Assembly: GCA_003213595.1 (NCBI GenBank)
Contig: QCMR01000003.1
Coordinates: forward strand, 7,346-71,345
Reading direction: 5' to 3'
DNA: 64,000 nt
Source: SAR86 cluster bacterium AG-422-E19
GTDB lineage: Bacteria > Pseudomonadota > Gammaproteobacteria > Magnimaribacterales > AG-339-G14
The notes beneath the pieces were generated by a model, which was given only the letters and a program-made list of their open reading frames with translations, ran no database searches and had not been told where the DNA came from. This document shows positions 48,402 through 61,500 of the stretch, piece by piece; within the stretch, counting starts at the first letter, position 1, and each line of letters starts with the position of its first letter. Both the position numbers and the translations under genes were made by a program.

Positions 48402-48616
48402 TTAAACCAACAAACCTTTGCAGCTTCTAAGCCCTCAACTTCAGTTACACAACCATCTTCATGAGCGATAATGATTGCGCTTAAAATAATACCTACGGAG
48501 ATGATAGAAGAAATTGCAATCAGTCTTCCAAATCTTTTCACTAAGTAAGTCGTTAGGTAAGAAAAGATTAAAATAGTTCCGACTAAAAATAGAGAAATTA
48601 TTAAAATTCTTAACAT
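48398..48616 (-). CDS. Small 2-TM membrane protein with a Cys-containing tail
   Basis: I start it at the internal Met (ATG 48616-48614), which overlaps the upstream stop as TAATG, giving 72 aa: MLRILIISLFLV...AHEDGCVTEVEGLEAAKVCWFK. Its stop overlaps the rhodanese start (ATGA). Confidence 0.55.
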   Translation of the reverse strand: MLRILIISLFLVGTILIFSYLTTYLVKRFGRLIAISSIISVGIILSAIIIAHEDGCVTEVEGLEAAKVCWFK

Positions 48617-48822
48617 TAGCTTGAGTATTTTTTTTTGAGAACTCTTACAAGAAAATAAATTGGAGAAATTATTAAGAAGCAAATCAATAGTTCTGCCCAA
48701 AAATTTAACTTCGTGACACTTCGAATGAAACTTGCCAAGTACATACTGCCAAATCCTAAAAATCCATAAATCACAAATAAAGTAATGTCGATCTTTGAGA
48801 TTATGCTTTTAATGAATTTCAT
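48616..48822 (-). CDS. Small 2-TM membrane protein
   Basis: 68 aa and hydrophobic. It is the first gene of the coupled string, and I recognise no motif. Confidence 0.5.
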   Translation of the reverse strand: MKFIKSIISKIDITLFVIYGFLGFGSMYLASFIRSVTKLNFWAELLICFLIISPIYFLVRVLKKKYSS

Positions 48823-48896
48823 TTTTTGAAATTTTCAATACAGATACTTTCAAGCTTATTTTACTTTAAATTCTTCGTGATAGACTTATTAGTATT

Positions 48897-49664
48897 ATGA
48901 GTTATAAAGACCTTAAAACGAAAATTGAAAATCATATTGGTTATGTCACTATTAATAGGCCGCCAAATAATCATTTTGATGCAGAACTGATAGGTCAAAT
49001 AGCTGACTTCCTTGAGGAAATGGATAAAGAAAAGGAATGCAGAAGTATTATTTTATCTTCAGAAGGCAAGCATTTTTGTGCTGGAGCAGACTTTACGAGA
49101 TCTTCTTATAAGGAGGAGTCAGACCCTTACGAAAGGTTGTATCAAGAAGCAGTGAAGCTTTTTAAAACCAAAAAACCTGTCATAGCAGCCATTCAAGGTG
49201 CTGCCGTTGGAGGTGGGTTGGGTGTAGCTCTGTCTGCTGACTTTAGAATAGCTTGTGAAGAATCTAGGTTTAGTGCAAATTTTTCAAAATTAGCATTTCA
49301 TCAAGGATTTGGTACCACAGTAACTCTGCCACGAGTGGTTGGCAATCAGAAAGCAAAATGGATGTTACTCACTAGCGCCAGAGTAAAAGGTAAAGAAGCC
49401 TTTGAGATTGGACTTGCTGATTTTCTTGTTCCTCAAAGTGAGTTAATGTCTAAAGCGGAAGAACTTGCAATGGAAATTAATGCTGCCGGTCCTTTAGGAG
49501 TTCAAGCCATTAGAGAGACTATCAAAGGTGACTCCGTTCAAAAAATAGAAGAAATAGTCAAATGGGAACTCTCTGAACAAAATAGACTTAGGGAAACAGC
49601 AGATTTTCAAGAAGGAATAAAAGCCTCTCTGGAGAGAAGAGACCCAGAGTTTACTGGTAATTAA
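48897..49664 (+). CDS. Enoyl-CoA hydratase/isomerase family protein
   Basis: Crotonase fold with HFCAGADF and AAIQGAAVGGG. Confidence 0.85.
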   Translation: MSYKDLKTKIENHIGYVTINRPPNNHFDAELIGQIADFLEEMDKEKECRSIILSSEGKHFCAGADFTRSSYKEESDPYERLYQEAVKLFKTKKPVIAAIQGAAVGGGLGVALSADFRIACEESRFSANFSKLAFHQGFGTTVTLPRVVGNQKAKWMLLTSARVKGKEAFEIGLADFLVPQSELMSKAEELAMEINAAGPLGVQAIRETIKGDSVQKIEEIVKWELSEQNRLRETADFQEGIKASLERRDPEFTGN

Positions 49665-50131
49665 GTTTTAATCTTAAACCTTAAGCCAAAATCCAATTCG
49701 CCAAGAGTATCGTTTTCTTCTTTCATTTGAAGAACTTTATTGAAAGACTCATCTGGCATAGGGCATGACTTTCTTTTCTTCATATCTATGTGAATAAGAA
49801 GAATTTCTTCTATAGCGCTTAATTCTTTATCGTTATTAAGAAGAATCCCAACATGATGGATTAATTTTCTATTCACATTAACAATTCTGTAATGAGTTGA
49901 AATCTTATCTCCTAATAGGTTTTCTTTTACGTATCTGAGATTTTGCTCAAGAGTGAAAGTACTGAAACCGGAATTTATGTAATCGAATCCCATTCCTAAT
50001 TGATTGAACATTTCATAGGAGCCTTCTTCAAATATTTTTGTATAGAAAGTAACATTCATATGTCCATTTAGATCACACATTTCTTCAGTAACCTTTTTTG
50101 TAATGCCTGAATATGGAAATTTATTTTTCAT
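49661..50131 (-). CDS. Hotdog-fold acyl-CoA thioesterase (4HBT-like)
   Basis: 156 aa. The N-terminal block CDLNGHMNVTFYTKIFEEG is typical of the thioesterase superfamily. Confidence 0.6.
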   Translation of the reverse strand: MKNKFPYSGITKKVTEEMCDLNGHMNVTFYTKIFEEGSYEMFNQLGMGFDYINSGFSTFTLEQNLRYVKENLLGDKISTHYRIVNVNRKLIHHVGILLNNDKELSAIEEILLIHIDMKKRKSCPMPDESFNKVLQMKEENDTLGELDFGLRFKIKT

Positions 50132-50196
50132 AGCTATTTAAATAATGAATAGTTATTAATTGGATAAAAAAGTTTCAAATAAAGTAAATTAAAAGA

Positions 50197-51687
50197 ATGA
50201 GTGATGATACTTTATTAATAATTCTTGGCAATCAACTTTTCGATAAAAAATATCTTTCTGAAGGAAAAACTAAAAATATTTTTATGGCTGAAGACTTCGG
50301 ACTTTGCACAGAAGAAAAATATCACAAACAAAAAATATTCTTCTTTTTAAGTGCGATGCGTTCTTTTAAGGACGAATTAACTGATCTTGGTTATAAAGTT
50401 TTTTACAACAAACTTAGTGAAAATAATAAAAATAAGGATTTCATTACCCTTTTAAGTGAGTTTTTAAATAAAAATAAATTTAAAACTATTAAATTTTTTG
50501 AAATAGAAGATAAATTCTTCGAAAAAAAAATATTTGATTTTTTAAAACAAAAAGAATTTGATTTTGAAATCATCCAATCCCCAATGTTTCTCTGTTCAAG
50601 AGATAAATTTAACAAGTTTGCTCAAAACAAAAAAAATCTCAGAATGGTAAGTTTTTATCAACTGATGCGAAAAGATTTAGATATCTTAATTTCAGATGGT
50701 AAACCACTAGGAGGAAAATGGTCTTACGATGAAGAAAACAGAAAAAAAATTCCTAGAGATTTAGAACTTCCTAATATAGAAGTGTTTTCAAAAAATACTC
50801 ATGGAGATGATGTAAAAAAAGATGTTCAAAAGTATTTTGATAATCATCCTGGAGAGTTAAATTCTTGGTTGCCAGACAATAGAAAAGACGCCAAACGAAG
50901 TTTAAAAAAATTTTTAGAACAAAGATTTAAGTTTTTTGGAACTTATGAAGATGCCATGCAAGAACAACAAAACTTTTTGTTTCATAGCATGTTATCGCCT
51001 CTTTTGAATGTTGGACTTTTAACACCCAAGGAAGTTATAGCTTCAGCTCTAAATCATGCTGAATCTAATGATATTCCCTTGAATTCTCTAGAAGGCTTCA
51101 TCAGACAAATTATTGGATGGCGAGAATTTATAAGAGGTGTCTATCAGGAAAAAAGTGAGATTGAGCTTAAAAGTAACTATTGGGACCATAAAAATAAAAT
51201 TAACTCAAATTGGTACGAAGGCACTACAGGGCTAGACCCATTGGATGATGTAATAAGAATGGTGAATGAGTATGGTTATACCCATCACATACCCCGATTG
51301 ATGATACTTTCAAATATTTTTACTCTTTGCGAGATTGACCCTAAAGATATCTACAGATGGTTTATGGAAATGTTTGTCGACTCTTCTGAATGGGTAATGG
51401 TGCCTAATGTCTTTGGCATGGGTACTTTTGCCGATGGAGGGATAATGTCCACTAAGCCTTATACATGTGGTTCAAATTATGTCTTAAAAATGAGCAATTA
51501 TAAAAAAGGACCTTGGTGTGAGGTTTTAGATGGTCTTTATTGGAGATTTACAGAAAAACATCGTGATTTCTATGAATCAAACCCTAGATTATCAATTTTG
51601 ACTCGTTCTCTGGATAAGATGAATCCAGAACGAAAGGGAAGAATTTTTGGTCTTGCTGATGAATTTATTAAAAAAAATTCGCTATGA
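50197..51687 (+). CDS. Cryptochrome/photolyase-related protein (COG3046 / CryPro-like)
   Basis: N-terminus [29 protein letters not shown], and [16 protein letters not shown]-type blocks. Confidence 0.8.
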   Translation: MSDDTLLIILGNQLFDKKYLSEGKTKNIFMAEDFGLCTEEKYHKQKIFFFLSAMRSFKDELTDLGYKVFYNKLSENNKNKDFITLLSEFLNKNKFKTIKFFEIEDKFFEKKIFDFLKQKEFDFEIIQSPMFLCSRDKFNKFAQNKKNLRMVSFYQLMRKDLDILISDGKPLGGKWSYDEENRKKIPRDLELPNIEVFSKNTHGDDVKKDVQKYFDNHPGELNSWLPDNRKDAKRSLKKFLEQRFKFFGTYEDAMQEQQNFLFHSMLSPLLNVGLLTPKEVIASALNHAESNDIPLNSLEGFIRQIIGWREFIRGVYQEKSEIELKSNYWDHKNKINSNWYEGTTGLDPLDDVIRMVNEYGYTHHIPRLMILSNIFTLCEIDPKDIYRWFMEMFVDSSEWVMVPNVFGMGTFADGGIMSTKPYTCGSNYVLKMSNYKKGPWCEVLDGLYWRFTEKHRDFYESNPRLSILTRSLDKMNPERKGRIFGLADEFIKKNSL

Positions 51688-51818
51688 AACACAAAGAGGA
51701 AAAAATTTGTAAGGTATGTAAAAAACCTTTTTCATGGCGAAAAAAATGGGAAAGGGATTGGGAAAATGTTTTGTACTGTAGTGAACGTTGTAAAAGAAAC
51801 AAGTCTAAGACATTGTGA
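51684..51818 (+). CDS. DUF2256-like 44-aa four-cysteine protein (not in ORF track)
   Basis: My translation is [44 protein letters not shown]. The ATG overlaps the upstream stop (ATGA). The CxxC...CxxxC pattern and the WRKKW..W..V.YCSERC block match DUF2256 as I recall it. Confidence 0.75.
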   Translation: MKHKEEKICKVCKKPFSWRKKWERDWENVLYCSERCKRNKSKTL

Positions 51819-52812
51819 CTGTAACTTTTCCCACTAATTTTCTATCTCTTAAATATTCCAGGCCGTCTTTTGAATTTTTTAAAGGAAATTCCTTACAAAT
51901 ATGAGGTTTGAGTTTTCCTGATTCGGCTAATTCCATGATGATTTCATTATTTTCTCTTCCTTTTTCAGGATCTCTTCTGCCAAATTCTCCTGCCCTTACG
52001 CCAATGACTGAAAATCCTTTAATGAGAGGATAGTTAACTGGAACGGTTGGAATCCTGCCACTTGTAAAACCAATTATTAATAACCTGCCTCCCCAATTTA
52101 TACATCGAATAGATTCATCGAATACATCGCCGCCGACTGGGTCATAAATTACATCGGCCCCCTTTCCATCCGTCAGCTCTTTTACCTCCTCTCGAAAAGA
52201 AACAGAACCTTCTAATCCAGTGTTAATGATTTCATCTGCGCCCCAAGTTTTTACAATTTTTAATTTTTTATCCGAAGTACCGCTAGCAATGACTTTTGCG
52301 CCATAAAGTTTACCCATTTGCACTGCAGCCATTCCTACGCCACCTGAAGCACCATGAACAAGAAGTGTCTCACCCTGTTTTAATTCGCCTCTTCTAATTA
52401 AACCAACATATGCAGTCAAATAAGCTGTTTTAAAAGAGGCTGCTTCAGAAAAATTTAATGACTTGGGTTTTAAAGAGACCAAACCCTCTGGAAGAATGAT
52501 TGATTTGGCAATTGCACCATGTCCCCAACCACCAAACATAACTTCATCGCCTTCTTTGAATGAAGAAACTCCAGATCCAACCTTTTCAACAATTCCTGCT
52601 CCCTCCATACCAAGAGCAAATGGAAGATTAGGTCTATTTTGGTATTTACCCTGAGTCATGAGTAAATCAGGGAAATTAAGTGAAGCGGCCTTAATTTTAA
52701 TTTGAACCGAATTATCCTGAAAGGAATCTAATTTGAGTTCTCCTAAATTTGTCTTAGACAAATCTTCGGAGAGCTCAGAGCAGACTAATCCATACGTTGT
52801 ATGATCAGCCAT
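51805..52812 (-). CDS. NADPH:quinone oxidoreductase (MDR/zeta-crystallin family)
   Basis: GVNFPD-like LNFPDLL and the cofactor motif [13 protein letters not shown]. Confidence 0.8.
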   Translation of the reverse strand: MADHTTYGLVCSELSEDLSKTNLGELKLDSFQDNSVQIKIKAASLNFPDLLMTQGKYQNRPNLPFALGMEGAGIVEKVGSGVSSFKEGDEVMFGGWGHGAIAKSIILPEGLVSLKPKSLNFSEAASFKTAYLTAYVGLIRRGELKQGETLLVHGASGGVGMAAVQMGKLYGAKVIASGTSDKKLKIVKTWGADEIINTGLEGSVSFREEVKELTDGKGADVIYDPVGGDVFDESIRCINWGGRLLIIGFTSGRIPTVPVNYPLIKGFSVIGVRAGEFGRRDPEKGRENNEIIMELAESGKLKPHICKEFPLKNSKDGLEYLRDRKLVGKVTVTMS

Positions 52813-52818
52813 TAAAGA

Positions 52819-54075
52819 TTAGCTTGGTCTGCCGATATATTCTTCTGCTTTTGCTTCTTCAGCTTGATGTTTGCCAAGTTCCAATCTTGCAACCGTTCTT
52901 CTGTGAACTTCATCAGGTCCATCAGCTAAACGAAGAGTTCTCATCCCAGCGTAAAGCCTTGCAAGAGGGGTATCTTGAGAAACTCCTGCGCCACCATGAA
53001 TTTGAATCGCTTTATCAATAACGCGAAGTGCCATATTAGGAACAGCAACTTTGATTTGTGCAATTTCACTTTTAGCAATTTTGTTGCCAACTGTATCCAT
53101 CATGTACGCAGCTTTTAAAGTAAGAAGCCTACACATATCAATTTCTATTCTGCAATCAGCAATGACATCATAATTTCCACCCAATTCGGAAAGCGTTTTT
53201 CCAAACGCAGTTCTATTTAGAGATCTTTTACATAACAAGTCTAAGGCTCTTTCCGCAGCTCCAATTGTTCTCATACAGTGATGGATTCTTCCTGGGCCTA
53301 AACGACCTTGGGCTATTTCAAAACCTCTGCCTTCACCTAAAAGAAGATTTTCTTTAGGTACTTCAACATCTGTAAATTTCATATGAGCATGTCCGTGAGG
53401 AGCATCGTCATTTCCAAAAACAGTCATCATTCTTAAAACTTCGACTCCGGGAGTATCCATTGGGACAAGAATTTGAGATTGTCTTTGGTGTTTGGGGTTA
53501 TCTGGATTTGTAACTCCCATGAATATAATGATTTTACAACGAGGATCGCCAGCGCCAGAAGTCCACCATTTCTCACCATTGATGACATATCTATCCCCCT
53601 TATCCTCGATTCTGCTACCTATGTTTGTTGCATCCGATGAAGCAACATTCGGTTCGGTCATTCCAAAAGCTGATCTGATTTCGCCATCAAGCAAAGGTTT
53701 TAACCATTGTTCTTGTTGCTCAGGATTTCCATACTTATCAATTACTTCCATGTTTCCAGTGTCTGGAGCTGAACAATTGAATACTTCCGATGCGATCCCA
53801 CATCTACCCATTTGCTCTGACAAAGGAGCATATTCTAAGTTTGTCAGTCCTGGTCCCCACTGAGAGTCAGGCAAAAATAAGTTCCACAAGCCTTCAGCTT
53901 TTGCTTTTGCTTTAAGCTCATCTAATGCTGGAGGAACTTGCCAAGGGTTTCCCTGATTTCTAAATTCTGTCATTTGGTCCGCGTACACTTTTTCGCCTTC
54001 ATAGACGTGGTCGTCCATGAACTTTGTTACGCGTTCTAATAAATCTTTTACTTTATCCGTGTGTTGAAATTCCAT
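52819..54075 (-). CDS. Acyl-CoA dehydrogenase (ACAD10/11 / FadE2-like)
   Basis: [23 protein letters not shown], and [10 protein letters not shown] at the C-terminal catalytic region. Confidence 0.85.
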   Translation of the reverse strand: MEFQHTDKVKDLLERVTKFMDDHVYEGEKVYADQMTEFRNQGNPWQVPPALDELKAKAKAEGLWNLFLPDSQWGPGLTNLEYAPLSEQMGRCGIASEVFNCSAPDTGNMEVIDKYGNPEQQEQWLKPLLDGEIRSAFGMTEPNVASSDATNIGSRIEDKGDRYVINGEKWWTSGAGDPRCKIIIFMGVTNPDNPKHQRQSQILVPMDTPGVEVLRMMTVFGNDDAPHGHAHMKFTDVEVPKENLLLGEGRGFEIAQGRLGPGRIHHCMRTIGAAERALDLLCKRSLNRTAFGKTLSELGGNYDVIADCRIEIDMCRLLTLKAAYMMDTVGNKIAKSEIAQIKVAVPNMALRVIDKAIQIHGGAGVSQDTPLARLYAGMRTLRLADGPDEVHRRTVARLELGKHQAEEAKAEEYIGRPS

Positions 54076-54124
54076 ATATATCCTCTTGAATTAAGACGAA
54101 AAATATTAACAAGTTTTTAAAAAA

Positions 54125-54145
54125 TTTGACACCCTATATGTCAAA
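54125..54145. promoter_or_regulatory. Candidate promoter/operator: inverted repeat TTTGACA-N7-TGTCAAA containing a consensus -35 hexamer
   Basis: Lies in the 84-bp divergent spacer between the ACAD gene (start 54075) and the VOC gene (start 54160). TTGACA is at 54126-54131, and a third TGTCA half-site is at 54154-54158. Confidence 0.3.
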
Positions 54146-54159
54146 ATAATACATGTCAT

Positions 54160-54999
54160 ATGATTAAATCCATCGACCACATATTAGTTGCAGTAGAAGA
54201 TTTGGATAAAGCTGTAGAAAACTATTCACTTGTATTTGGCTTTGGTCCTACTTGGCAAGGAAGTCATCCATCTCTGGGAACGAAAAACGCCCTATTTCCC
54301 CTAGACAATCTGTATTTTGAATTGATTGCTGTAGATGATGACGGGCCCCTTGCAGAAAATGTTAACGAACATTTAAAAAAAAATGGAGAGAGTGTTTTTG
54401 GCTTAGCCTTGGAGACAGATGATATTGAAATGGCAAAAAAAGAACTTTCGGCAAGTTTTAATACAGATTTAGAAATATCAAATGGAAAAGGTGTAAATAA
54501 TATTTCAAATGAGGAAAGACATTGGAGAAACATTTTTATCCCTAGGAAGTTTTCAAGAGGAATATTTACTCTTTTAATTCAACACACAAAAGGCAACCTT
54601 CCAAAACACGAAATATCTGACGAATCATCTATTTCAAGAATGGATCATGTAGTTATTAATTCAAACGATCCTGATGGTTTGGTCGATCTTTATAAAGAGA
54701 AATATGGAATTAGGCTCGCTTTAGACCAATTTGTAGAAAAATGGGGAGGTCGAATGCTCTTTTTTAGGACCAACCACACCACTATTGAGGCTATTGGAAT
54801 TAAAAAAGATGGATCGCCAGAAGATTCCCTTTGGGGCCTAGCCTGGACAACAAAAAATATAAAAAAAACGCACAAGAGATTGCTTGATGCGGGTATAAAT
54901 ATTACTGATATTAAAGATGGTAGAAAACCTAATACTCTTGTTGCAACAATCAAATCTCACTGTTCGAATGTTCCAACTTTACTGATTGAGCATCTATAG
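54160..54999 (+). CDS. VOC (glyoxalase/dioxygenase) family protein, two-domain
   Basis: 279 aa. IDHILVAVEDLDKAVENY and MDHVVINSNDPDGLVDLY mark two VOC-type beta-alpha-beta-beta-beta modules. Confidence 0.55.
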   Translation: MIKSIDHILVAVEDLDKAVENYSLVFGFGPTWQGSHPSLGTKNALFPLDNLYFELIAVDDDGPLAENVNEHLKKNGESVFGLALETDDIEMAKKELSASFNTDLEISNGKGVNNISNEERHWRNIFIPRKFSRGIFTLLIQHTKGNLPKHEISDESSISRMDHVVINSNDPDGLVDLYKEKYGIRLALDQFVEKWGGRMLFFRTNHTTIEAIGIKKDGSPEDSLWGLAWTTKNIKKTHKRLLDAGINITDIKDGRKPNTLVATIKSHCSNVPTLLIEHL

Positions 55000-55011
55000 T
55001 TGCTAATTTTT

Positions 55012-55096
55012 TGGTGCGGATAGAGGGAGTCGAACCCCCACACCTTTCGGCACTAGAACCTAAATCTAGCGTGTCTACCAGTTCCACCATATCCGC
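55012..55096 (-). tRNA. tRNA-Leu (TAG)
   Basis: Reverse strand: GCGGATA...anticodon arm CTAGA TTTAGGT TCTAG, long variable arm TGCCGAAAGGTGT, T arm GGGGG TTCGACT CCCTC, then TATCCGC A CCA. Confidence 0.9.
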
Positions 55097-55116
55097 GTGA
55101 AAAATAAGTATATTGA

Positions 55117-55749
55117 TTAGTTTTCTATTGGCAAGGAATTACTTTCTGAGTTCTCCTGATTGGAAATAGATTTTGAAAGTTCATCTTTTAATTTGAGGAT
55201 AGATTGATTGGTTTGCCTTCTAAAAGAATCCATAGAGTTCACCGCCTCCTCCAAATCTTTTATACGCAGCTCATAATCAGGAGAACTTAAAGAGGATGTA
55301 TCTATTTTAGCTACTCTGGTTTTTATATCGGAAATAGATTTTGAAAATTCTTTTGAAATCAATCTTATTTCTTGAGATTGAGTGAAAATTTCTTTAATCG
55401 AGCTATCAATTGAGTTGAGCTGATCTTCAAGAGTAGCAATTCTTTGTTTATTTCTTTTATTACTCAAATCCCATAACTTTCTTATCTCTCTATTAACTTC
55501 CTTAAGGTCGTCTGAAAGAGTTTCAACAGTAACTTCTGACGACTGAACGGATTGTTGAACTTGTTGTTCCAAATCAATCAATCTGGAATTCATGTTTATG
55601 AGATTTTGTTGCTGAGAAGAAGTTCTGAATAACATAAAGGAAATCAATATAATGAAAACCAAAAGAAAGACTCCATATGATACTACTGAGCTTGGTGGTA
55701 CCTGACTGGAAGGAAATATTCTTCTAGTTGAGATTGGATTTTTTTTCAT
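55117..55749 (-). CDS. Membrane-anchored coiled-coil protein, function unknown
   Basis: 210 aa with one TM helix (VFLLVFIILISFMLF) followed by heptad-rich Q/E/K/S sequence. Confidence 0.6.
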   Translation of the reverse strand: MKKNPISTRRIFPSSQVPPSSVVSYGVFLLVFIILISFMLFRTSSQQQNLINMNSRLIDLEQQVQQSVQSSEVTVETLSDDLKEVNREIRKLWDLSNKRNKQRIATLEDQLNSIDSSIKEIFTQSQEIRLISKEFSKSISDIKTRVAKIDTSSLSSPDYELRIKDLEEAVNSMDSFRRQTNQSILKLKDELSKSISNQENSESNSLPIEN

Positions 55750-55822
55750 TTACTTGAGATTGGTTATTTTGTTTATTTTAATTCATGGTTAGAATAGAAA
55801 GCTATTATTTAAAGGAGAACAA

Positions 55823-56935
55823 ATGAATTTTAATTTTTCTGAAGATCAATTGTTGATGAAAGAAGAGGTGAAAAAACTTCTTGATAAAGAGAATTCTGTA
55901 AAAAGAAATAGAAATGTTTTAGAGGGAGAAGAAAAGTTTGATAAAGAACTTTGGAACCAGCTAGTTCAAATGGGCTTAACGGCTACTACCATTCCTGAAG
56001 AATACGGTGGAATAGGTATGGGCTTTTTGGAATTGTGTGTCATTGCTGAAGAGCTTGGTAGAGGAATAGCTCCAGTTCCCTTCTCTTCAAGTGTTTATCT
56101 TGCGACTACAGCAATTTTAAATTCCTCAAATGAAGATATTAAAAAGGAATTTCTCCCAAAATTAGCTAGCGGCGAAATTATAGGTACTTTTGCGCATTCA
56201 GAAAAAACAACATTTCCTAGCGAGTCTGGAATAAGTGTTGCAGCTAAATCTGGAAAAATCACTGGAAAAAAAGTTGCTGTGCCTGATGGAGATATAGCAA
56301 ATTTTTCTCTGGTGTCCGCAACATCAGGTAAAAATAAAATTGGCCTTTATTTAGTTGATTTATCTGCTGATGGGGTGGAAATTGATTCTTTAGAGACTTT
56401 TGATCCTTCTAGATCTCATGCTGATATATCTTTTAAAAATACACCTGCTCAAGAGCTAAGCGCAGATGCTTGGGAAGATATAGAAAAACTTCTAGATCAA
56501 TCTGCGGTTTTATTCGCTTTTGAACAAGTAGGCGGTGCTGAAGCTGCAATGAATCAAGCTAAAGATTATGCTATGGGTAGATATGCTTTCGGAAGAGCTA
56601 TTGCTTCTTTTCAAGCTATCAAACACAAAGTAGCTGACATGTATATTTCACTTCAATTGGCTCGTTCCAACTGTTATTACGGTGCCTGGGCTTTGAGTAA
56701 TGATGCTCCTGAGCTTCCAACTGCCGCAGCTACTGCTCGAGTAAGTGCTACAAAAGCATTTTATGAATGCTCAAAAGAAAATATTCAAACTCATGGAGGA
56801 ATGGGTGCTACTTGGGAATTTGATTGTCATCTTTTTTACAGAAGAGCAAGATTGCTTTCCAGTAATATAGGCAGTCAAGGAATATGGAAAGATAAATTAA
56901 TTACATCACTAGAAAAAAGTAATTCACCAACATAA
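55823..56935 (+). CDS. Acyl-CoA dehydrogenase family protein
   Basis: 370 aa with the ACAD N, middle and C domains (EYGGIGMG, IQTHGGMGATWEFD). Confidence 0.85.
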   Translation: MNFNFSEDQLLMKEEVKKLLDKENSVKRNRNVLEGEEKFDKELWNQLVQMGLTATTIPEEYGGIGMGFLELCVIAEELGRGIAPVPFSSSVYLATTAILNSSNEDIKKEFLPKLASGEIIGTFAHSEKTTFPSESGISVAAKSGKITGKKVAVPDGDIANFSLVSATSGKNKIGLYLVDLSADGVEIDSLETFDPSRSHADISFKNTPAQELSADAWEDIEKLLDQSAVLFAFEQVGGAEAAMNQAKDYAMGRYAFGRAIASFQAIKHKVADMYISLQLARSNCYYGAWALSNDAPELPTAAATARVSATKAFYECSKENIQTHGGMGATWEFDCHLFYRRARLLSSNIGSQGIWKDKLITSLEKSNSPT

Positions 56936-56959
56936 AATTACGTTAATCGGAGGATAAAT

Positions 56960-58200
56960 ATGGATTTTAACGATACTAAAGACGAAGCTAAATTTAGAGA
57001 TGAGGTAAGTTCTTGGTTATCTGCTAATGCAGATAAAAAAGAGCATGCCAAAGACATTTACCGTCCTGCTGAAATGAGTGGCGAGGGTGAATCTGGAGAA
57101 TCAAGCGCACTTAAAGATGCAAAAGCTTGGCAAGCAAAAAAATATGATGCTGGCTGGGCATGTCTTCATTGGCCAAAAGATTATGGCGGACGTGATGCAG
57201 CTCCAATGGAAAGAGTAATTTGGGGGCAAGAAGAATCCAAATTTAAAGTACCAGGTGGTTTTTTTGAGATCGGTCAGGGTATGGCAGGTCCAGTATTAAT
57301 GCTATATGCAACAGAAGAACAGAAAAAAAGATATCTTCCTCCAATGGCTAAAGGTGAGGAAATTTGGTGTCAATTATTTAGTGAGCCTGGAGCTGGTTCC
57401 GATTTAGCGGGTATTAAAACTAAAGCTGAACTGGATGGTGACACTTGGACTATTAATGGTCAAAAAGTATGGACTTCTGGAGCTCACTACAGTGATTATG
57501 GAATCATTGTCACTAGAAGTGATTTTTCAGCACCTAAACACAAAGGCCTAACTTATTTCTTCTTAGATATGAAATCTCCTGGAGTTGAAGTTAGACCAAT
57601 CAAACAAATCACAGGTGGAGCAAACTTTAATGAAGTTTATTTTACCGATGTAAAAATTCCTGATTCACAACGTCTAGGTGAAATTGGAGACGGTTGGAAG
57701 GTCTCTTTAACCACTCTAATGAATGAGAGACTTGCTGTAGGTGATGCATCCGGAGTTGATTTCCAAGAAATTTTTGAGCTTGCTAAAGATCAAGATTTTA
57801 ATGGTGATACTGCCATTTCAAATGGTGCTGTTAGAGAAAAACTTGCAGATTGGTATTGTGAGCAATCCGGCTTGAAATACACAAAAATGAGAAATATCTC
57901 GGCTTTATCGCAAGGAAGCACTCCTGGTCCTGAAGCTTCTATAACTAAGATAGTTAGTGCAAATAAACTTCAAGATATTGCAAACTATGGCATGGATCTA
58001 ATGGATAATGCCTCTATTGCAAGAGATGAAGAAACTGCAATTTTTCAAGGAAGCTTACTTGGAGCGCCTCTTATAAGAATTGCAGGTGGAACTGACGAAG
58101 TACTCAAGAATATTATTGCTGAGCAAGTCCTTGGAATGCCGCAAGATATTAGGGTAGATAAAAACGTTCCGTTTAACGAAATACCTACAGGTTCAAAAAA

Positions 58201-58204
<4 letters not shown>
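56960..58204 (+). CDS. Acyl-CoA dehydrogenase family protein
   Basis: 414 aa with FSEPGAGSDLAG, KVWTSGAHYSD and IAGGTDEVLKNIIAE. Confidence 0.85.

Positions 58205-61499
<3,295 letters not shown>

Positions 61500-61500
<1 letters not shown>

Noticed and set aside
48617-48700. The N-terminal 28 codons of track ORF 48398-48700 (MGRTIDLLLNNFSNLFSCKSSQKKILKL).
   Set aside because: This segment overlaps the upstream small ORF by 85 nt in another frame. The internal ATG at 48616 gives a TAATG coupling junction and a protein that starts directly with its first TM helix.
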